In this document: positions 12,501 to 20,076 of the stretch, piece after piece
Numbering within the stretch: the first letter of the stretch is position 1
How the letters are laid out: every line of letters begins with the position of its first letter
DNA from: Pseudomonadota bacterium
GTDB lineage: Bacteria > Pseudomonadota > Gammaproteobacteria > Burkholderiales > Burkholderiaceae_C
Direction: 5' to 3'
NCBI GenBank assembly: GCA_040384685.1
Contig: JAZKIV010000036.1
Location: 44,445 to 108,444 of the forward strand
DNA: 64,000 nt
Made by a program: the position numbers and the translations under genes
The notes under the pieces: model-generated
What the model saw: only the letters and a program-made list of their open reading frames with translations
Database searches by the model: none
Told to the model about the DNA's origin: nothing

Positions 12501-15500
12501 GCATGGTGCGCTGGGGCGGCACGATGGACGGCGTGGAGGAATTCGATCCGCTGTTCTTCAACATCTCGCCGCGCGAGGCGGCGCTGATGGACCCGCAGCA
12601 GCGCCTGCTGATGACGCATGTGTGGAAGGCGATCGAGGACGCCGGCTATGCGGCCGAAAGCCTGTCGGGCAGCCGCACCGCCCTGTTCGCCGGCACCATG
12701 GCCAGCGGTTACGCCAGCCTGGTGGCGCGCGCGCAGGCCGCGAACGACGGCTACAGCGCCACCGGCGCCGCGCCGTCGGTCGGGCCCAACCGCATGAGCT
12801 TCTTCCTGAACCTGCACGGCCCGAGCGAGCCGGTGGAGACGGCCTGTTCCAGCGCGCTGGTGGCGGTACACCGCGCCATGCAGGCGATCCACAACGACGG
12901 CTGCGAGCTGGCCATCGCCGGCGGCGTGAACACGCTGGTGGCGCCGGAGATCCACGCGAGCTTCAGCCAGGCCGGCATGCTGTCGCCCGACGGGCGCTGC
13001 AAGACGTTCTCGGCGGCGGCCAACGGCTATGTGCGTGGCGAAGGCGTGGGCTTCCTGGTGATGAAGAGATTGAGTGCCGCCGAACGCGATGGCGACCACA
13101 TCTATGGCGTGATCCGCGCGACGGCGGAGAACCACGGCGGCCGTGCGAGTTCGCTCACCGCGCCGAACCCGAAGGCGCAGCAGGAGCTGCTGCTGGCGGC
13201 GTATACGAAGGCCGGTATCGACCCGCGCACGGTCGGCTACATCGAGGCGCACGGTACTGGGACGCCGCTGGGCGATCCGGTGGAAGTGGATGCGCTCAAG
13301 AGCGCGTTCAGGCAGCTCTATCGGCAAGCGGGCGGCGATGCGGCTCTGGCCGAACCGCACTGCGGCATCGCTTCGGTGAAAAGCAACATCGGCCACCTGG
13401 AGCTCGCGGCAGGTGTCGCCGGGATCATCAAGGTTCTTCTGCAGCTGAAGCACAAGACGCTGGTGAAGAGCCTTCACTGCGATGACGTCAACCCGTACAT
13501 CGACCTGAAGGGCAGCCCGTTCTTCATCGTGCGGGAGAACCAGCCATGGGAAGCTCCTCGCGACGCGAATGGGCGTGAACTGCCCCGTCGCGCGGGCGTC
13601 AGCTCGTTCGGATTCGGCGGGGCGAATGCGCACGTGGTGATCGAGGAGCACGTGCGGTCACAGCAGAAAGCTGTGCCCTTGCCCGGCGGCACCGCCTTGA
13701 TCGTGCTGTCGGCGCGCAACGAGGAGCGCCTGCGCGAGCAGGCGCAGCACCTGCTCGCGGCCATCAACGAGCGCAGCTTCACCGACGCTGACCTGCCCAG
13801 CATCGCCTGGACCCTGCAGGCCGGCCGCACGGCCATGGACGAGCGCCTGGCGTTCGCCGCTTCTTCCATTGCGGAGATGGCGGACACGCTGCGCCGCTTC
13901 GCGAACGGCGAGCAGGCCGTCGATGGCCTGCACCGCGGGTCGGCCAGGAGCGCGAAGGACGTCGCCTCCCTGTTCGCGGACGACGACGACCTGCGCGTCG
14001 CCGTGCAGTCCTGGATCGCCAAGGGCAAGCACGGCAAGCTGCTGGCGCTGTGGGCCAAAGGCATGGCCATCGACTGGGTGCAGCTGTGGGGCGCGCACAG
14101 GCCGCGGCGCCTTAGCCTGCCGACCTACCCGTTCGCGCGCGAGCGCCACTGGATCGGTGCCACGCCGGCTTTGGCAACAGCAAGCGAACAACCGTTCGCC
14201 CTGAGCCTGTCGAAGGGCGTGCCAGGGCTTCGACAAGCTCAGCCCGAACGGGGGCAAGTTCAGCCCAAGCGGGAAACGGCGCGCCCCGGTTTCACGCCGA
14301 CAACGCTGCTGCTCGCGCCCGCCTGGCAACCGCAAGGCCCGGGCCAGGCCAGCACGCGCGCATACGACCAGCACTGGGTCTTCCTCTGCCTGCACCCCGG
14401 CACGCGACAAGAGCACGCAGCCCACATCGCCACCACGCTGCAACCCACGCGCTGCGTACCGCTGGGCGGCGATGCCATCGATCCCGCCGCGCGCTACACA
14501 GCCGCCGCCGAAACGCTGCTAGCCACCCTGCAGGAAATCGCGAACTCGAAACCCACGGCCGACGTGCTGCTGCAACTCGTGGTCGGCGACGACGCGGACA
14601 GCGCGCAGCTCGCCGGACTGCACGGCATGCTGCGCATCGCACGGCTGGAGAATTTCCGTCTGGTGCCACAGCTGCTGCAGGTCGAAGACGGTGTGACTCC
14701 GAAAGAGCTGGTCACCAAGCTGGCCGCCAACCGCGCAGCCGGCGCGGCGGAGATCCGCGAGACGAACGGCGAACGCCAGGTCGCCGTATGGCGCGAAGTC
14801 GCCGGCGCCGCGCAGCCGCCCCTGCCCTGGCGCGACCAGGGCGTCTACCTCATCACCGGCGGCGCGGGCGGCCTGGGCCTGCTGTTCGCGCGCGAGATCG
14901 CCCGGCGCGTGAAGGCGCCCACGCTGGTGCTCACCGGCCGCTCGCCGCGCGCGGCGGTGGACCAGGCGGCATTGCACGCGCTGGAGGCATTGGGCGCGCG
15001 CGTCGAGTACCACGCGGTGGACGTGGCCGATGGCGCCGCCGTGGCCTTGCTGGTGGAAGACCTCCTCAATCGCCTGGGCGAGCTGCACGGCGTGCTGCAT
15101 GCGGCGGGCATCGTGCGCGACGCCTACATCCAGAAGAAGACGGCCGGGGAGCTGCGCACGGTGCTGGCGCCCAAGGTGGCCGGCACGGTGAATCTGGACC
15201 AGGCCACGCGCCACCTGAAGCTCGACTGTTTCATCCTGTTCTCCTCCATTGCCGCCGTGTTCGGCAACCTGGGCCAGGCCGATTACGCCGCAGCCAACAG
15301 CTTCCTGGACGGCTACGCCGCACACCGCGATGCGCTGGTGCGGGCCGGCCAGCGCCATGGCCACACGCTGTCGGTCAACTGGCCGCTGTGGGACCAGGGC
15401 GGCATGCAGGCCGATGCGGCCACGCGGCAGCGCCTGCGCGAAATGTTCGGGCTGGTGCCGCTGGAGACCGCAGCCGGCCTGCACGCGCTGTACCAGGCGC

Positions 15501-18052
15501 TGGATGCGGGGCTGCCGCGCGTAGCGGTGCTGCAGGGCGACGTGGCGCGGCTGCGCGACAAGCTCGCGCTCGAGGCGCCGCAGGATCCAGGTACCGGCAC
15601 AGGGACAGGGACAGGGACAGACGCCGAGCAGGCCCTGCTGCACATCGTCGCTGGCCTGCTGAAGCTCGACCTCGCCACCATCGACCCTGGTGCCGAACTG
15701 GCGAGCTACGGCTTCGATTCCATCAGCGCCTCGCAGTTCGTCGCCGCGCTGAACGAGCGCTACCGGCTGGAGCTGACGGCTGCCGTGGTGTTCGAGCATC
15801 CGACCTTGCACGGGCTGGCGGATTTCCTGCAGCGGCAGCATCCGCAGGCGTTCAGCGCGCCGCCGCCGGCAGCAGCGCCCGCGCCGGTGCCGCAACCCAC
15901 GGCCCACGGCACCGGGCAGGAGCTCGCCCGCATCGTCGCCGACCTGCTGAAGCTCGATCCCGCCGCCATCGACGCCGACACCGAACTCGCCCAGTACGGC
16001 TTCGACTCGATCAGCGCCGCGCAATTCGTGAGCGCGCTCAACGCCGCCTATGGCCTGGACCTGACGGCGGCAGTGGTGTTCGAGCATCCCACGCTGCGCG
16101 GCCTGGTGCAGCTGCTGGGCGACCGGCTGCCCACCTCTTCAACCGAGCCGCAAGCCGCAGTGCCCGCACCCCAGCCCCTGTCATCCACCGGCCCCGAACC
16201 CATCGCCATCATTTCGCTGGCCGGCCGCTTCCCGCAGGCGGAGGACGTGGAAACCTTCTGGGACAACCTGAAAGCCGGGCGCGACTGCATCACCGAAATC
16301 CCGCCCGAACGCGGGCCGCTGGACGATTTCTACACGCCCGACGTGGAGGCCGCCGTCGCGGGCCTCAAGAGCTACAGCAAGTGGGGCGGCTTCCTCGACG
16401 ACGTGGAGGGCTTCGACCATGCCTTCTTCAACATGTCGGTGCCCGAGGCCGAGTCCAACGGCCCCAAGGTGTCGCTGTTCCTGGAGACGGTGTGGACCCT
16501 GCTGGAGCGCGCCGGCTACACCCGCGACACACTGCGCGAACGCGCGGGCGGCGGCAAGGTCGGTGTGTTCGTGGGCGCCATGCCGGGTTCGTACACGCGC
16601 TTCGGCGGCGACGCCGCGGCCGACGCGCCGCCGCCGCGCCTGGCGACCATCGCCAACCGCGTGTCGCACTTCTTCCGCTGCACCGGCCCCAGCATGGGGC
16701 TGGACACCATGAGCTCGTCGGCCGCCACCGCCATCCATATGGCCTGCGAGTCGCTGCGCCACGGCGGCTGCGGCATGGCCATCGCCGGCGGCGTGAGCCT
16801 GCTGCAGCCGCGCAGCTACGTGGAGGCCAGCCGGCGCCGCATGCTGGCCGGCCAGATCGCGAGCCGCAGCTTCGGTACCGGCGGCGGGCTGATCCTGTCG
16901 GAGTGCGTCGGTGCGGTGCTGCTCAAGCCCCTGTCCGCGGCGCTGCGCGACGGCGACACCGTGCTGGCCGTGGTCCGCGCCAGCGCGGCGTCGCATGCCG
17001 GCGGCGCGCTGAAGTATTCGCTGCTGGACCCGAACGCGCAGGCGCAGCTGATCCTGGAAACGCTGGCGCAGGCCGGCCTGTCGGCGCGCGGCATCGGCTA
17101 CGTGGAAGCGGCGGCCAACGGCTCGCCGCTATCGGACGCGGTGGAGGTGGCGGCGCTCGCCAAGGCGTTCCGCGCGCACACGGACGAACGCAAGTTCTGC
17201 GTGATCGGCACGGCCGAATCCAACGTCGGCCACACCGGGCCGGCCGGCGGCTTCACGCAGCTGGCCAAGGTGGTGCTGCAGCTCGCGCACCGGCAGTTCG
17301 TGCCCTCCATCAAGACCGAGCCGCGCAACCCGGAAATCCGGCTGGAAGACACGCCGTTCCAGCTGCGGCACGTGCTCGCCGAGTGGCACCGGCCGCTGCT
17401 GCCGACGGACGCCGGCCTGCGCGAGGAGCCGCGGCGCGCCCTGATCAATTCGGTGGGCGGCGGTGGCGCCTACGTCAGCATGGTGGTGGAGGAGTTCATT
17501 GCACCGCAGCCCGCCGCAAGGCCGGCGACCGGGACAGAACCACAGCTGGTCGTGCTGTCCGCGCGCGATGCGCAGCGCCTGCGCGCGATGGCGCGGCGCC
17601 TGCGCGCCTTCCTGGACCGGGATGCCGATGTGCCGCTCGCGGACATCGCCTGCACGCTGCAGCTCGGGCGCGAGGAGATGCGCTCGCGCCTGGCCGTGGT
17701 GGCGTCCAGCGTCGCCCAGCTGGCCGAACGGCTGGACCGCTTCCTCGACGGTGGCACGACTGCTGAGGCTGGGACACAAGTGCTGTTTGCCGCCGGCGAA
17801 GCCAGCGCCGCAGCCCGGCGCGAGCCCTGGACCGGCGGCACGGACGCGCTGGAAGGCATCGCCGCCCACTGGGTGCGGGGCGGCGCCGTGCACTGGGAAA
17901 GTTTGCATCGCGCGGCGCCCGCGCCGCGGCGCATCGTGCTGCCGACCTATCCCTTCGCGCGCAGTACGCCGGCATTCGCCGCGGAACCGGACCCCGTCGC
18001 CGAACAGCCAGGTTCCATCGGGAACCCCCCTACTAGGACATTCCCTACATAG
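6521..18052 (+). CDS. trans-AT type I PKS, 3843 aa: docking-DH-KR-ACP-KS-DH-ACP-KS-KR-ACP-ACP-KS0
   Basis: DH (DHVVQGRRVLP...MDSALQ); KR (HTAGVLAD, YAAAN); ACP; KS3 and KS4 (ETACSS/EAHGTGT/SNIGH); DH2 (DHVLQGTPVLP...MDASIQ); KR (HAAGIVRD); two GFDSI ACPs; last KS with DTMSSS and EAAANGS. GAGGA RBS upstream of 6521. Confidence 0.96.
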   Translation: MTDFLTHVFGEVRQRRLSTEEALALIRQFRGGRGPATGAAPVLHPLAQRNISNLQEQSYTSTFTGAEFFLVDHVVQGRRVLPGVAFLEMARAAVADASGAAGQPTAIALDKIVWTRPIVIDGAPLEVQVRLSPAAGGDIGYEITSTPDDGEALVHAQGQARVLEGETPAPRVDLVAIRAACTRSLGADDCYAGLRIIGLALGPGFRGIEALHAGLDAAGRPQAIAQLRLPPSVAADHDRYVLHPSLMDSALQATSGLALAVGEAARGDGKPSLPFALEAVRIFGRVPADPWAVVRFAAGSGPADKVRKLDIDLCEADGAVCVRMQGFSMRTLGSETADHNEDAELFVPAWRAQPLAPVAGRPAHARHWVLLAPDLAEYAPAVGQALNPVRSLAFAAHADTAAGYAAAAAQLLALLRELIAAKPAGGVLMQLVVRADGEHSLHAGLFGLLQSAQLEFPKLVVQRIDWDGGDAAQLARLLAGNAHAGSGHIRERDGVREAAHWQEFRGTASAMPWKDGGVYLVTGGLGGLGLLFAREIATQARAPVLVLAGRSAPDAAGSARLDALRALGADVRHHALDVGDASAVRALVDGIVREHGRLDGVLHTAGVLADGLIAGKTEEQLRSVLAPKVAGTLNLDAATATLHLDCFLLFSSVAGVLGNMGQGDYAAANAFLDAFAHHRNRLAAQGQRQGRTLAVDWPLWAKGGMRATSGNPLKTAAAMQALYRVWGDASLSQALVLAPGADAIRARLLGTSAAAAPRTVASPRPANNASGEHAERLLQQAAAQLLKLRPDDIDPERELSKYGFDSISFTQFANTLNDRYALGLTPTVFFEHPTLREFAGHLAREHPAVFAPQAPAQAVPALQAPPTRRERFAAARVPSPAARAAEAGPEPVAIIGISGRFPMADDLDAFWRNLRDGRDCIAEIPPDRWDWRAVWGDPAQEGAKTNIKWGGFIDGVDRFDAQFFGISPREAELMDPQQRLLMTYVWKAVEDAGYSAEAISGSKTALFAGTMAGDYGRLVARAATSIEGHHATGNTPSVGPNRMSFFLNLHGPSQPVETACSSALIAVHRAMLAIERDGCEMAIAGGINTLITPETHISFSKAGMLSQDGRCKTFSAAANGYVRGEGVGFLVMKKLSAAERDGDHIYGVIRATAENHGGRASSLTAPNPKAQQELLLAAYTKAGIDPRTVGYIEAHGTGTPLGDPVEVDALKSAFRQLYRQAGGDAALAEPHCGIASVKSNIGHLELAAGVAGIIKVLLQLKHKTLVKSLHCDDINPYIDLRGSPFFIVRDNQPWDAPRDASGQALPRRAGVSSFGFGGANAHVVIEEYVAPAALQRQEPTASAGGSALVVLSARNEERLREQAQQLLAAVGEHGFTDTDLPDIAWTLQAGRTAMDERLAFTASSIAEMQSRLAAFLEDGTGAHDLHRGRARRGKDDLSAMASDEDHRQLVASWLAKGKFARVLDLWVRGLALDWQQLYGGARLPRRISLPTYPFAPERHWVETGAASVAVAGTARLHPVLHRNTSDFQAQRFASLFTGQEFFLADHVLQGTPVLPGVVSLEMARLAVALATGTASGVVLKDFVWARPVMLAGGPAAVEIVLAPQDGGEIAYEIRGDAAGSAVHVQGRAVLRDSPPDLARIDLQALRAQCTREISASDGYAALRNMGLVLGPALRAIESLHAGGDAVLARLRLPTAAAEGRAQYVLHPSMMDASIQAALGFALADADADGGALKPLLPYSLQSLEIALPCPDTGWAVLRRRTGGAASDRVLVLDILLCDDDGVVCVRMQGLGLRLLEGEIGAEARPVQATRQAAAPAAPQADTGELPATVRQWLKRTISQLLKVRVEHIDDEVELTGYGFDSIKFIELSHAVNQELRLELAPPVFFEYPTLGGFADYLLAEHRAAVLRRFEVRTPAASPVAVQAPAPALPPRRLPAFQRHVHAAAPATEPVAIIGISGRFPMAEDVDALWRNLAEGRDCIGEIPARRWDWTGQGGMVRWGGTMDGVEEFDPLFFNISPREAALMDPQQRLLMTHVWKAIEDAGYAAESLSGSRTALFAGTMASGYASLVARAQAANDGYSATGAAPSVGPNRMSFFLNLHGPSEPVETACSSALVAVHRAMQAIHNDGCELAIAGGVNTLVAPEIHASFSQAGMLSPDGRCKTFSAAANGYVRGEGVGFLVMKRLSAAERDGDHIYGVIRATAENHGGRASSLTAPNPKAQQELLLAAYTKAGIDPRTVGYIEAHGTGTPLGDPVEVDALKSAFRQLYRQAGGDAALAEPHCGIASVKSNIGHLELAAGVAGIIKVLLQLKHKTLVKSLHCDDVNPYIDLKGSPFFIVRENQPWEAPRDANGRELPRRAGVSSFGFGGANAHVVIEEHVRSQQKAVPLPGGTALIVLSARNEERLREQAQHLLAAINERSFTDADLPSIAWTLQAGRTAMDERLAFAASSIAEMADTLRRFANGEQAVDGLHRGSARSAKDVASLFADDDDLRVAVQSWIAKGKHGKLLALWAKGMAIDWVQLWGAHRPRRLSLPTYPFARERHWIGATPALATASEQPFALSLSKGVPGLRQAQPERGQVQPKRETARPGFTPTTLLLAPAWQPQGPGQASTRAYDQHWVFLCLHPGTRQEHAAHIATTLQPTRCVPLGGDAIDPAARYTAAAETLLATLQEIANSKPTADVLLQLVVGDDADSAQLAGLHGMLRIARLENFRLVPQLLQVEDGVTPKELVTKLAANRAAGAAEIRETNGERQVAVWREVAGAAQPPLPWRDQGVYLITGGAGGLGLLFAREIARRVKAPTLVLTGRSPRAAVDQAALHALEALGARVEYHAVDVADGAAVALLVEDLLNRLGELHGVLHAAGIVRDAYIQKKTAGELRTVLAPKVAGTVNLDQATRHLKLDCFILFSSIAAVFGNLGQADYAAANSFLDGYAAHRDALVRAGQRHGHTLSVNWPLWDQGGMQADAATRQRLREMFGLVPLETAAGLHALYQALDAGLPRVAVLQGDVARLRDKLALEAPQDPGTGTGTGTGTDAEQALLHIVAGLLKLDLATIDPGAELASYGFDSISASQFVAALNERYRLELTAAVVFEHPTLHGLADFLQRQHPQAFSAPPPAAAPAPVPQPTAHGTGQELARIVADLLKLDPAAIDADTELAQYGFDSISAAQFVSALNAAYGLDLTAAVVFEHPTLRGLVQLLGDRLPTSSTEPQAAVPAPQPLSSTGPEPIAIISLAGRFPQAEDVETFWDNLKAGRDCITEIPPERGPLDDFYTPDVEAAVAGLKSYSKWGGFLDDVEGFDHAFFNMSVPEAESNGPKVSLFLETVWTLLERAGYTRDTLRERAGGGKVGVFVGAMPGSYTRFGGDAAADAPPPRLATIANRVSHFFRCTGPSMGLDTMSSSAATAIHMACESLRHGGCGMAIAGGVSLLQPRSYVEASRRRMLAGQIASRSFGTGGGLILSECVGAVLLKPLSAALRDGDTVLAVVRASAASHAGGALKYSLLDPNAQAQLILETLAQAGLSARGIGYVEAAANGSPLSDAVEVAALAKAFRAHTDERKFCVIGTAESNVGHTGPAGGFTQLAKVVLQLAHRQFVPSIKTEPRNPEIRLEDTPFQLRHVLAEWHRPLLPTDAGLREEPRRALINSVGGGGAYVSMVVEEFIAPQPAARPATGTEPQLVVLSARDAQRLRAMARRLRAFLDRDADVPLADIACTLQLGREEMRSRLAVVASSVAQLAERLDRFLDGGTTAEAGTQVLFAAGEASAAARREPWTGGTDALEGIAAHWVRGGAVHWESLHRAAPAPRRIVLPTYPFARSTPAFAAEPDPVAEQPGSIGNPPTRTFPT
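10157..10287 (+). repeat. 131-bp perfect direct repeat, copy 1 (inside KS3)
   Basis: Base-by-base identical to 13304-13434; offset 3147 nt, in frame. Confidence 0.9.
13304..13434 (+). repeat. 131-bp perfect direct repeat, copy 2 (inside KS4)
   Basis: Identical to 10157-10287; the flanking KS sequence is also highly similar. Confidence 0.9.
14192..14251. repeat. 60-bp REP-like palindrome embedded in frame in the PKS
   Basis: Arms CCGTTCGCCCTGAGCCTGTCGAAG (14192-14215) and CTTCGACAAGCTCAGCCCGAACGG (14228-14251), 21/24 complementary, 12-nt loop. Translated within PFALSLSKGVPGLRQAQPERG. Confidence 0.85.
15599..15619 (+). repeat. (ACAGGG)3 hexamer tandem repeat encoding a Gly-Thr linker before the tandem ACPs
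   Basis: acagggacagggacagggaca; protein DPGTGTGTGTGTD. Confidence 0.8.
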
Positions 18053-18141
18053 TCGTCGCAAAGACAACTTGGCGTCAAATTCGGCCCTAGCATTCGCGCA
18101 GCTCGGCAAGGCATTTTTGCCAGCACAGCAAGGACAAGAAT

Positions 18142-20076
18142 ATGGAGACGACGTTCCCGCGATTGCTGCTGCAGCATGCGGCGCAGCGCCCGGCCGAAGT
18201 GGCCATGCGCGAGAAGGAATACGGCATCTGGCAGACCCTGTCCTGGGCCCGCCTGGGGACGCTGGTCGAACAGCTGGCCTGCGGCCTGTACCAGGCCGGC
18301 CTGCGCCGCGGCGACCACATGGTGGTGGTCGGCGCCAACCGCCCGCGGCTCTATGCCACCACGCTGGCCATCCAGGCGCTCGGCGCCACACTGGTGCCGC
18401 TGCACCAGGACTCGGTCGCGGCCGAATACGCGTTCCCGATCAACAACTCCAACGTCCGCTTCGCCTTCGCCGAGAACCAGGAACAGGTCGACAAGCTGCT
18501 GGAAGTCCGGCCCGAGTGCCCGCAGCTGGCCACCATCTACTACGACGATCCGCGCGGCCTGCGCAATTACGGCGACGCCGGCCTGATCGCGCTGGACACG
18601 CTGCTGGAGGCCGGCCGCCTGTTCGCCGAGCAGAATCCCGGCTTCTTCCGCGCCGAGGTCGAACAAGGCCAGCCGGACGACGTGGCGGCCATCTTCATGA
18701 CCTCCGGCACCACCGGCGTCGCCAAGGGCGTGGTGCACACGCACCGCACCCTGCTGGACCGCTCCAAGGCCGGCGCCGATTTCGACAAGCTCGGCCCCAA
18801 GGAAGAAGTGCTGGCCTACCTGCCGCCCGCCTGGATCGGCCAGAACATCTTCAGCTACGCACAATGGCTGTACTGCGGCTACGTGGTGAACTGTCCCGAG
18901 TCGGCCGGCACCGTGTCGATCGACCTGAAGGAGATCGGGCCGACCTACTACTTCGCGCCGCCGCGCGTGTTCGAGGGCATGCTCACCAGCATCATGATCC
19001 GCATCGAGGACGCGAGCGCGCCCAAGCGCGGCATGTTCCATGCGTTCATGAAGATCGCCCTGCGCGTCGGCACGGCGCTGTCCGACGGCAAGCCGGTGCG
19101 CCCGCTGGACCGGCTGGCCTACGCGGTGGGCAACCTGCTGGTGTACGGGCCGCTGCGCAACGCCCTGGGCATGTCGCGCATCCGCGTGGCCTACACCGCG
19201 GGTGAGGCGATCGGGCCGGACCTGTTCGCCTTCTACCGTGCCATCGGCGTGAACCTGAAGCAGCTGTACGGCTCCACCGAGACGGCGGCGTTCGTCTGCA
19301 TGCAGCCGGACCACGAGGTGTATTCCGACACCGTGGGCATACCCCTGACCGGCGTGCAGATCGAGGTGAGCGCGAACGGCGAGATCCTGGTGCGCTCGCC
19401 CGGGCTGCTCAAGGAGTACTACAAGAACCCGGAGGCCACGGCCGAGGTCAGGACCGCCGACGGCTGGTACCGCACCGGCGACGCCGGCTTCTTCGACGCG
19501 CACGGGCACCTGAAGATCATCGACCGCGCCAAGGACGTCGGGCGCCTGTCGGACGGCTCCATGTTCTCGCCCAAGTACGTCGAGAACAAGCTCAAGTTCT
19601 TCCCCTTCATCAAGGAAGCGGTGGCGGTGGGCGACCAGCGCGACATCGTGTGCACGATGGTCAACATCGACTTCGAGGCGGTGGGCAACTGGGCCGAGCG
19701 GCGCAACCTGCCCTATGCCGGCTACACCGACCTGGCGCAGAAGCCCGAGGTCTACGGCCTCATCAAGGACTGCGTGGAAAAGGTCAACGCCGACCTGGCC
19801 GCCGACGAGAAGCTGGCCGGCAGCCAGATCCACCGCTTCCTGGTGCTGCACAAGGAACTGGACGCCGACGACGGCGAGCTGACGCGCACCAACAAGGTCC
19901 GCCGCGGCTTCATCGGCGAGAAGTACCAGGTGCTGGTGGATGCGCTGTATGCGGGCCGCACCGAGCAGTTCATCGAAACGCAGGTGAAATTCGAGGACGG
20001 GCGCACCGGCAGCGTGAGCGCCACCCTGAAGATCATGGACGCCAAGACCTATGCGCCAGTGAGGGCAGCGGCATGA
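18142..20076 (+). CDS. long-chain acyl-CoA synthetase (AMP-binding)
   Basis: MTSGTTGVAKG, YGSTE, WYRTGDAG and IIDRAKD adenylate-forming motifs. Confidence 0.92.
   Translation: METTFPRLLLQHAAQRPAEVAMREKEYGIWQTLSWARLGTLVEQLACGLYQAGLRRGDHMVVVGANRPRLYATTLAIQALGATLVPLHQDSVAAEYAFPINNSNVRFAFAENQEQVDKLLEVRPECPQLATIYYDDPRGLRNYGDAGLIALDTLLEAGRLFAEQNPGFFRAEVEQGQPDDVAAIFMTSGTTGVAKGVVHTHRTLLDRSKAGADFDKLGPKEEVLAYLPPAWIGQNIFSYAQWLYCGYVVNCPESAGTVSIDLKEIGPTYYFAPPRVFEGMLTSIMIRIEDASAPKRGMFHAFMKIALRVGTALSDGKPVRPLDRLAYAVGNLLVYGPLRNALGMSRIRVAYTAGEAIGPDLFAFYRAIGVNLKQLYGSTETAAFVCMQPDHEVYSDTVGIPLTGVQIEVSANGEILVRSPGLLKEYYKNPEATAEVRTADGWYRTGDAGFFDAHGHLKIIDRAKDVGRLSDGSMFSPKYVENKLKFFPFIKEAVAVGDQRDIVCTMVNIDFEAVGNWAERRNLPYAGYTDLAQKPEVYGLIKDCVEKVNADLAADEKLAGSQIHRFLVLHKELDADDGELTRTNKVRRGFIGEKYQVLVDALYAGRTEQFIETQVKFEDGRTGSVSATLKIMDAKTYAPVRAAA

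Noticed and set aside
15599-15619. (ACAGGG)3 as a phase-variation tract or CRISPR remnant
   Set aside because: Unit length is a multiple of three, there are only three copies and no spacers; it is a flexible linker.
15620-16130. Tandem ACPs as a beta-branching module
   Set aside because: None of the six ACPs has Trp six residues after the DS serine (F or L instead), and no HMG-synthase or ECH genes are in the window.
1-18052. Many long opposite-strand and alternate-frame ORFs over the PKS (e.g. 784-2592, 4642-6678, 9155-11743, 14788-17766)
   Set aside because: Arg/Ala/Gly-rich shadow ORFs typical of high-GC coding DNA, with no motifs. The same applies to similar ORFs across the window.
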